A stretch of DNA of 32,000 nt, taken from positions 300,001 to 332,000 of the forward strand of contig NC_021219.1 of NCBI RefSeq assembly GCF_000392435.1, given 5' to 3'. This stretch comes from Candidatus Saccharimonas aalborgensis (GTDB taxonomy: Bacteria > Patescibacteriota > Saccharimonadia > Saccharimonadales > Saccharimonadaceae). The notes under the pieces were generated by a model. It was not told the origin of the DNA. It was given only the letters and a program-made list of their open reading frames with translations, and did no database searches. Positions within the stretch are counted from its first letter, which is position 1, and every line of letters starts with the position of its first letter. This document shows, piece by piece, positions 25,358-32,000 of this stretch. The position numbers and the translations under genes were made by a program.

Positions 25358-26934
25358 GGCTCAAGTTGTATCTTGGCGGCACGAAGTCCTGATTTGTCGT
25401 TAGGAAGAGCGGGTGCGTGTAACTCCTCGATCACTCTCCATTTACCGCTGACGGGTAGGTCGGGTTTTCCGTAGACGCTCCAGTCGCTTAGCCACCAGAT
25501 AACACCTCCGTGTTCCTGGGCAAATGTTGCGACATTTTGGAGCTTGCGATAGTCGCTGGCACGCATCATGTCAAACGAGCCCCAAGGAACCTTGTCGACT
25601 TCTTGATAATACATAGGATGCTCCTCTGTTTGATAGTAGTGGGCTTCATAATATCGAAATCCAGAGACTACAACTGGTGCGCTACCCGCCTTTGATTGTG
25701 CCTCCTGAATAGTCCACCTCAGCTGTAGCAGATCGCCATTGTTCTTGTTATAATTTCCCGTCTGATACACACTGACAATGCCAAATATCATCGCACCCAT
25801 GGTCAACACAGACACGATAACTGTTTGCTTCAACGCAATCTTGGATTGTAACAATACTCCTAGCGTTACGCCTATTAGCGCCGACCAGTAAAGAATTGCG
25901 ACTAGTAGGTATCGTTCAACATATGAAGGACGTAGCGGTGGAAGTGAGAGTAAAAGAAGCATGATCGTTGGAACAAATGCCAAGGAGGCAATCAACCAAA
26001 AAAGTTGTTTTTGATACGGGCTAAGCACCCGGTAGGCTTTCGGTGTGAGCCAGCAGAGACCGGCTGCGATCAGGATGGCGACAGCAGCAAGAAGCGGCGT
26101 CATCTCCCACGTCTCACGGTAATACAACAGATTTGTATAAAGATTTACGGGGGACAGTAGCGTGATAGGCTTTATCCAAAAACCGCCGCCTTGTATCCCG
26201 AACATCTGATGAAGCATGGTGGGAAGCCATGGCAAAAAGAGCACGATTGCTAATGCATGCGCCCATAACCATTCTTTGGAGAAAAACCGCCGCACTCTGT
26301 CTTTATGCGACTCGCTCCGTATAATGTTACTGCGCCAGATCCAGTGGGCAATCCACGCAAGTGCCGTGTAATAGTGGGTCCACATGCCCAACGAAACGAG
26401 AACTCCGTAATACACCCACCGTTTCTTTGTCGGTTTTTTAAGTTGAAGAGCGAGCGCGTAGGTAGCAGAAGCAACAATTGCCATAACCATTCCGTACATG
26501 CGCGCTTCCTCGCTATAGCGAATCAACATCGGGGAAAGGCTGGCGACAACGATTGCAGAACCGGCAACCCATCGACTAAATCCCTGGCGTACAAGCAAAT
26601 AGACAAACACAAGCGCAATACCAATGCACACGAGACTAAAACTCCTGAGTCCTATTTCGGACGTACCAAACACTGTGGTCCAGGCCTTGAGGAGCCAGTA
26701 GTAAAGGGGTGGATGCACATCTGTCGCTGTAAACTGCGCAACTTCACTGTAGCTGTATCGAATTAAATAGGCGCTAAACGCCTCATCAAACCATATTGAC
26801 CAGCGCGTGATATTACCAAGCGCAAGTACCGAAAATCCCGCGAGAATACTTCCTAAAAGCCACCAGTCTCTCTTGGTAAATGATTCGCTATTTCGTGCTG
26901 TACGACGAGAAAGAAATGCTTTTAGTTGTTTCAT
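25354..26934 (-). CDS. GT39/ArnT-type glycosyltransferase (multi-pass)
   Basis: SIWFDEAFSAYLIRYSYSEVAQFTATDVHPPLYYWLLKAWTTVFGTSEIGLRSFSL is a canonical DxD-containing GT39-type N-terminus. Start at 26934 (track 26970) with TAGAAT-N7-ATG. Confidence 0.85.
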   Translation of the reverse strand: MKQLKAFLSRRTARNSESFTKRDWWLLGSILAGFSVLALGNITRWSIWFDEAFSAYLIRYSYSEVAQFTATDVHPPLYYWLLKAWTTVFGTSEIGLRSFSLVCIGIALVFVYLLVRQGFSRWVAGSAIVVASLSPMLIRYSEEARMYGMVMAIVASATYALALQLKKPTKKRWVYYGVLVSLGMWTHYYTALAWIAHWIWRSNIIRSESHKDRVRRFFSKEWLWAHALAIVLFLPWLPTMLHQMFGIQGGGFWIKPITLLSPVNLYTNLLYYRETWEMTPLLAAVAILIAAGLCWLTPKAYRVLSPYQKQLFWLIASLAFVPTIMLLLLSLPPLRPSYVERYLLVAILYWSALIGVTLGVLLQSKIALKQTVIVSVLTMGAMIFGIVSVYQTGNYNKNNGDLLQLRWTIQEAQSKAGSAPVVVSGFRYYEAHYYQTEEHPMYYQEVDKVPWGSFDMMRASDYRKLQNVATFAQEHGGVIWWLSDWSVYGKPDLPVSGKWRVIEELHAPALPNDKSGLRAAKIQLEP

Positions 26935-27019
26935 AGTACGTATTCTAGTGATATTATCCGATATATTCAACTAACTCCTAGGAAATCCTCACTTTTTCCG
27001 CTATAATACCTGTACACAT

Positions 27020-27095
27020 CGGGGTGTGGCGCAGTTGATAGCGCGCTCGGTTTGGGACCGAGAGGTCGAAGGTTTGAGTCCTTTCACCCCGACCA
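27020..27095 (+). tRNA. tRNA-Pro(TGG)
   Basis: CGGGGTG...TCGGTTTGGGACCGA...GAAGGTTTGAGTCCTTT CACCCCG ACCA; -10 TATAAT just upstream. Confidence 0.93.
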
Positions 27096-27151
27096 CAAGT
27101 AGTTGAGTTCGTCCTTTGGACGTGCTTTTTTTATCTGCTATCATACATGCT

Positions 27152-27739
27152 ATGGGGACAACCGAAAAACGACCCGTATATGCCAATGCGTTCGGCGCCT
27201 TTGGGTACGTATTTCTCGTATTTTCTTGGCTATGGTCGACGCTCATCGTTGGATATTCATCGCTATCGACACAAAATATCACCTGGCTCATCCCCAAGAA
27301 TGCCGATCAGCCTATAGGTACCTCTGAGCCTTCGTCCCTGGTATCCGGCCCAGTCGCCATAACAATCGGTCTTGTCGTTACGATTTTTATCGTACTAACT
27401 ACTCTCTATGTATTTATCGCTCTCCCAAAATCTATCGGGAAAAGAGGCTCGACGGTCACCCGCAAAGCTGCTTCGCTCATTGTTCCGATCGTAACCCACC
27501 ATCAGCCACTGCCGGAAACGCGCCGTGTCTTTCTTACCTCACGCATTATCATGGTGCTCAAATCAATTGCGTGTCTCTTACCGGTAACCACGTTACTTGT
27601 ATTTCCAAACACAACGACATTGTCTTATGAGGTCGTGCTCATATGCTCATTATTTTTTAGTCTTTTTACAGTAGCTCTCTTTACTGTCCAATACGCTCTC
27701 GCGCGCCTATTACATATTCCTCGTGAACTCTTATGGTAG
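27152..27739 (+). CDS. Hypothetical four-helix-type membrane protein
   Basis: Multiple hydrophobic segments; start at 27152 within ORF 27116..27739. Confidence 0.65.
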   Translation: MGTTEKRPVYANAFGAFGYVFLVFSWLWSTLIVGYSSLSTQNITWLIPKNADQPIGTSEPSSLVSGPVAITIGLVVTIFIVLTTLYVFIALPKSIGKRGSTVTRKAASLIVPIVTHHQPLPETRRVFLTSRIIMVLKSIACLLPVTTLLVFPNTTTLSYEVVLICSLFFSLFTVALFTVQYALARLLHIPRELLW

Positions 27740-27802
27740 AAGACTAGTAACCATACTGCATCTGCGCTACAATACGCAGTATAAACAGTAAAAATAAATA
27801 CT

Positions 27803-29506
27803 ATGAATAATAAACAATTTACTCGACAGCTCATAGGCCTTACGGCTGTTTCTGTTGCTATCATGAGTGGACTGGTTATTCATTTTCAACTGTTCCCGGG
27901 AATACAATCAAAATACCCCCTTGTCCCTACAAAACCGATCGACAAAAGCCAATCTATTGGTGGACAGCCAGAGAAAAGGGTAACGCAGCACATACCCCCC
28001 GCACCATCCGCAGCCGCACCAGAGACTACTCCCCAATCTCAATCAAAAACAATACTCCCGTCAGGTGATGTCTCACCTCGACAGACGGCGATTGCTGCTA
28101 CCGTTACCCATGAATACACCTATCACGCGCTTGCGTCTCCGAATGACCCTTATTACCCATCATCGTGGGCATTGCAACATACGGGAGCAACTGGTGCTTG
28201 GGCAATTTCGACCGGCACGCCTATGGTTATTGCTATCATCGATACGGGATTTGCACTTTCTCATGAAGACCTCCAGACTCAGTGGTATCAAAATCAAGGT
28301 GAAAATGGCTTTACACAGTCTGGGGACCGTTGCTGGACCGGCGTCTCCCAGAATAAATCTACAAATTCCTGCGACGACGATGCGAATGGCTACATTGATG
28401 ATTGGCGCGGCTGGAATTTCGTAAACAAAAGTAATTTGCCTCAAGCAGGTACCACTAATCCAACAGGCAGTGGTGTATCACATGGAACCGCAGTCGCCGG
28501 CATCGCTGGCGCCGCTACCAATAATGGTATCGGGGTAGCATCATACAACTGGAATGTAAAACTAATGCCCTTGCAGGCCCTTTCTGATAACGGCTCTGGG
28601 GTGACCAGCGATATTGCTGCAGCTATCTACTACGCAGTCGATAATGGTGCATCAGTCATCAATCTCAGTCTCGGCGGAAGCGCGGACGATCCCGCACTAA
28701 AAGCCGCAGTACTCTACGCCTACCAGCACAATGTCGTCATCGTTGCAGCTGCGGGTAACTGCGGAACTGGTACAGAATCCGGCTGTGACCCCTCAAAACC
28801 TGGACAGATGCTTTATCCCGCCCTTTATGACCATGTTATTAGTGTGGGAGCGACAGACGTCAACGATGCTCGGGCGAGTTTTAGCAGTTATGGTCCAGCT
28901 CTTGATGTTATAGCACCCGGATCCGGCAACATCACCTCAACGCTTATCGATACTTCGTCGTCCCCTATCAATATGACAAATGCCTATTCAGCTAGCCTCT
29001 ACGGAACATCATTTGCATCGCCGATGGTAGCGAGCATTGTATCGCTTATAAAATCAATCCGCCCCAACGCAACAGTAGAGGATATTACCGCCCTTGTTGA
29101 TGGTTCAGCGCAAAAAGTCAGCGGTATGTCGGGATCGATCTACACCCTCCAATACGGTCACGGCCTTATCAACGCAACAAGCGCCTCAACAATCGCGGCT
29201 AGCCTGAGTCCCACCGCGACTACAGTCAAACTTGGTCAAACAGGAAGTGTTCACTCAGAGCATAGTTTTAATACCGCCGATACCCTCGCTAGCTCCTGTA
29301 CCGTCTCGCCTTTCAGCTACTGTACCGTGCGTATTCATAGTGTATCGCTTGGGTATGACCGCTACCTCCCCTATACCAAGACTGACTCAAGTGGAATAAC
29401 GAGTTGGTCGTGGCCAGGTAATATTATATCGGCCTCCGAAGCCTGGGATGTATCTAGCCAGCAGGGCGGATCGTTTTCTCCCTACTATCCTCTCGTGGCA
29501 AAATAG
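27803..29506 (+). CDS. Secreted S8 (subtilisin-like) serine protease
   Basis: N-terminal signal/anchor; IAIIDTGF (Asp), GVSHGTAVAGIAG (His), VIVAAAGNC (oxyanion Asn), GTSFASPMVASI (Ser). Confidence 0.95.
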   Translation: MNNKQFTRQLIGLTAVSVAIMSGLVIHFQLFPGIQSKYPLVPTKPIDKSQSIGGQPEKRVTQHIPPAPSAAAPETTPQSQSKTILPSGDVSPRQTAIAATVTHEYTYHALASPNDPYYPSSWALQHTGATGAWAISTGTPMVIAIIDTGFALSHEDLQTQWYQNQGENGFTQSGDRCWTGVSQNKSTNSCDDDANGYIDDWRGWNFVNKSNLPQAGTTNPTGSGVSHGTAVAGIAGAATNNGIGVASYNWNVKLMPLQALSDNGSGVTSDIAAAIYYAVDNGASVINLSLGGSADDPALKAAVLYAYQHNVVIVAAAGNCGTGTESGCDPSKPGQMLYPALYDHVISVGATDVNDARASFSSYGPALDVIAPGSGNITSTLIDTSSSPINMTNAYSASLYGTSFASPMVASIVSLIKSIRPNATVEDITALVDGSAQKVSGMSGSIYTLQYGHGLINATSASTIAASLSPTATTVKLGQTGSVHSEHSFNTADTLASSCTVSPFSYCTVRIHSVSLGYDRYLPYTKTDSSGITSWSWPGNIISASEAWDVSSQQGGSFSPYYPLVAK

Positions 29507-29556
29507 CTTTTCTTGCTCATGCTTGTTATACTAAAAAAGATAACTTGGATTTTTGA

Positions 29557-30153
29557 ATGTTAAAGATAAAGAAACGCCGCTCAATCGGTATACCCCGTAT
29601 TGCCCTACTGGGCACGGCCCTTCTTCTGCTGAGTGGTGGTCTGTACCTCTTGCTACTTGTTGCTTCGCCCTCACTCGCACCACTTATCACGATGAAACCC
29701 ATAGAGGTACGCTCTCTCCCCGCTCCCCAAGCGACCGACAATCGTGTCATCATCCCAAAAATTGGAGTAAATATTCCCTATGACAAGGGGGCGGCTTCTC
29801 TTGACCGAGGCGCAGAATGGCGTTACCCAGAGCGAGGGAATCCTGAAAAGGGTGGAAACTTCATTATCGCTGCTCATCGCTTTAGCATTCAACCTACACC
29901 TCAGGGAACGATCGAGAAATCACCTTTCTATCATATTGATAAGCTTGCCGTTGGGGACAAAATTGTTATCGACTATATCGGGACACGATACGGCTACGAA
30001 ATTGAAAAAATATTTACTGTCAAACCAACGCAAGTCGAAATTGAAGCACCCTCAACCGACGCAAAGTTAACGCTCTATACCTGTGAGCTCGATGGTTCAG
30101 ATGCGGGCAGGGTCGTGGTAGTCGCCAAGCCTCTCGGCAAAGTCGCTCTCTAG
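29557..30153 (+). CDS. Sortase family transpeptidase
   Basis: N-terminal TM; IIPKIGVNIPYDKG, NFIIAAHRF (His), LTLYTCELDGSDAGRVVVVAKP (Cys...Arg). Confidence 0.88.
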   Translation: MLKIKKRRSIGIPRIALLGTALLLLSGGLYLLLLVASPSLAPLITMKPIEVRSLPAPQATDNRVIIPKIGVNIPYDKGAASLDRGAEWRYPERGNPEKGGNFIIAAHRFSIQPTPQGTIEKSPFYHIDKLAVGDKIVIDYIGTRYGYEIEKIFTVKPTQVEIEAPSTDAKLTLYTCELDGSDAGRVVVVAKPLGKVAL

Positions 30154-30639
30154 CTATTCTCTCGCGCCGGCACCAAACACCTGCTCCCTATAACCACGCT
30201 CACCGCGAGCCCAGGCGAGAGTGGTTTGTGAATAATGACGGTTACCTGCAACTATCATATCTGCCATCACTACATCAAACATCTCAATCTCTCGTTTATC
30301 TATCTTGGCACCTTCTAGTACTTCAGCTGCTACAGTTGCCTGAAACACAAACTGATAGGTGTGGGCATACTCACTTACTCGATCAACAACCATGACAAAC
30401 TCAAGCTCATCTTCGCTCAGTTGTATGTTTACTTCCTCAAGGCATTCACGAACTGCTGCAGCCCGCGGAGTCTCCCGTGTATCAATAATTCCGCCAGGAA
30501 ATGACCAATAGTCCTTGTAAGTTGCTTTCAAAACCAGCACTTTACCATCTACGGTGCGAAGGGCGACTGTCGCGCTCGAAACACGATGCTCCAGTGAGGT
30601 AAACCACTGTCTGGTTTCTTCGTCTGAGTAGGAATGCAT
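30154..30639 (-). CDS. NUDIX hydrolase
   Basis: Nudix box GGIIDTRETPRAAAVRECLEEVNI. Track start GTG 30672; internal ATG ~30639 gives less overlap with rny. Confidence 0.88.
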   Translation of the reverse strand: MHSYSDEETRQWFTSLEHRVSSATVALRTVDGKVLVLKATYKDYWSFPGGIIDTRETPRAAAVRECLEEVNIQLSEDELEFVMVVDRVSEYAHTYQFVFQATVAAEVLEGAKIDKREIEMFDVVMADMIVAGNRHYSQTTLAWARGERGYREQVFGAGARE

Positions 30640-30640
30640 A

Positions 30641-32000
30641 TTACTTTGCAAACTCGATAGCGCGTGTCTCACGAATAACGTTTACCTTAATCGTGCCCGG
30701 ATATTGCATAGTGCTTTCGATTTTTGTCGCAATGTCACGTGCCAATTTGATTGCGCTTAGGTCGTCAATACTTTCTGGCCTGACGATGACACGAACTTCC
30801 CGTCCTGCGCTAATTGCATACGCTTTATCAATCCCCTTAAATCCAGTGGCAATATTCTCAAGATCACGCATGCGCTCAGCAAAGTTTTCAGCACTGATAT
30901 TTCGCGCACCTGGCCGCGCCGCGCTGATTGCGTCGCAAACACGCACCACAAGTGCTTCAGCAGTTGTGGCTTCGATATCGTCGTGATGGGCTTCGATGGC
31001 GTGAACAATCTCATCACTCATACCTGCCTTACGAGCTAACTCGGCGCCAATGTGATGGTGCTTGCCTTCAACCTTATGCGTCACAGCCTTGCCGATATCG
31101 TGAAGTAGTGTAGCAATCTTAGTTACGCGTACATTTGCGCCGATTTCGTCTGCAATTAAGCCAGCCATATGCGCCATTTCAGTGCTGTGCATTAGAACGT
31201 TTTGGCCATAGCTGGTACGGAACTTCAGTTCACCGAGAAGCTTGAGAAGATCTTTTGGTATTCCGGCAACACCTACTTCACGAGCAGCATCCTCGCCGGC
31301 ACGAATAACTTCTTTTTCAATCTGTTTTTCGGCTTTTTCAAAGACTTCCTCGATGCGACCCGGATGGATACGACCATCTTTCATCAGCATTTCAAGGCCC
31401 ATACGAGCAACTTGGCGACGAATCGGATCAAAGCTGGATAAGATTACCATGCCAGGCGTGTCATCGACCAAAAAGTCAACTCCAGTGGCGCGTTGCATAG
31501 CCTGAATATTCCGGCCTTCCTTGCCGATGATGCGCCCTTTCATCTCGTCATCAGTCAATTTCACGGCGGTGACAGTTCGCTCAGCAGTCACTTCACTCGC
31601 CATTCGTTCCATGGCAGAAAGTATCACTAGTTGAGCCTTTTCCTCGGCATCATCGGTGGCTTCCTTTTGTAGCTTTGCAACAAGTCCAAGCAAATCATCC
31701 TTTATATCTCGCTCCGTCATCTGGAGCAGCTTCTCCGCTGCATCTTTCTTTTTGAGCCCAGCGATCTTTTCAAGCTTCTCTTGCTGTTTTGTACGAATCT
31801 CACGAATCTCGGTCTTAAGAGATTCGACTTCATCCTCTTGTTTGCGTAATCTCTCGCTACGCTTGTCTAGCTCATCAAGTTTGTTGTCAAGTGAGCTCTC
31901 CCTATCAGCCAACCGCGACTCTACCTTCTGTATTTCACGTCGCCGTTCTTGCTCAATTTTAAGCGCCTCGTCTTTTGCCTGCAGAACAATCTCGCTGGCC
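30641..32000 (-). CDS. rny: Ribonuclease Y, N-terminus off the right edge
   Basis: Coiled-coil then KH GRIIGKEGRNIQAMQRATGVDFLVDDTP and HD ATLLHDIGKAV. Frame stays open from 31912 to 32000 (ASEIVLQAKDEALKIEQERRREIQKVESRL), so the track start at 31912 is not the true start. Confidence 0.95.
   Translation of the reverse strand, partial: ASEIVLQAKDEALKIEQERRREIQKVESRLADRESSLDNKLDELDKRSERLRKQEDEVESLKTEIREIRTKQQEKLEKIAGLKKKDAAEKLLQMTERDIKDDLLGLVAKLQKEATDDAEEKAQLVILSAMERMASEVTAERTVTAVKLTDDEMKGRIIGKEGRNIQAMQRATGVDFLVDDTPGMVILSSFDPIRRQVARMGLEMLMKDGRIHPGRIEEVFEKAEKQIEKEVIRAGEDAAREVGVAGIPKDLLKLLGELKFRTSYGQNVLMHSTEMAHMAGLIADEIGANVRVTKIATLLHDIGKAVTHKVEGKHHHIGAELARKAGMSDEIVHAIEAHHDDIEATTAEALVVRVCDAISAARPGARNISAENFAERMRDLENIATGFKGIDKAYAISAGREVRVIVRPESIDDLSAIKLARDIATKIESTMQYPGTIKVNVIRETRAIEFAK

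Noticed and set aside
31202-31505. Plus-strand ORFs inside rny
   Set aside because: Antisense shadow ORFs of the highly conserved KH/HD coding region.
1-32000. CRISPR array, toxin-antitoxin pair or retron
   Set aside because: No regularly spaced repeats, no RT or Cas-like protein; the small ORFs 1398..1523 and 1529..1669 lack recognisable TA features.

Overview
32-kb window, best explained by gene content as a Candidatus Saccharibacteria (TM7/Patescibacteria) chromosome segment (taxon is inference). The left ~3.3 kb looks like one end of an integrated element. It holds a large serine recombinase whose ORF runs antisense into a tRNA-Arg(TCG) gene, an N-terminal piece of a membrane protein running off the left edge, and two noncoding-RNA candidates. 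The rest is dense chromosomal coding: murB; five prepilin-like ORFs; a large secreted SGNH-hydrolase-type gene broken by two in-frame TAA codons; glyA; an XRE-HTH/MurA fusion; a tRNA cluster (Gly, His, two Arg, plus a tRNA-like fragment with an inverted D-arm copy); HIT protein and P1-type peptidase; neutral zinc metallopeptidase; heavy-metal P-type ATPase; a membrane-anchored Clp-like double AAA+ protein; MurT/GatD; acyltransferase-3/OpgC-like protein; GT39-type glycosyltransferase; tRNA-Pro; S8 protease; sortase; NUDIX hydrolase; and RNase Y (runs off right edge). Most notable: (1) a structured RNA candidate with a possible pseudoknot at 805-932 (minus) whose predicted promoter places the TSS at the base of the long stem; (2) the 7319-10417 gene with two in-frame TAA codons, one in the signal peptide and one between the catalytic Ser and the Asp/His blocks; (3) the XRE-MurA fusion with a perfect palindrome just upstream; (4) a promoter-to-terminator sRNA candidate at ~1188-1281; (5) a recurrent -10 box/6-8 nt/ATG spacing pointing to leaderless mRNAs; (6) a tRNA-like fragment carrying an 18-nt perfect inverted copy of the next tRNA-Arg. 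No CRISPR array, rRNA or recognised defence system was seen.
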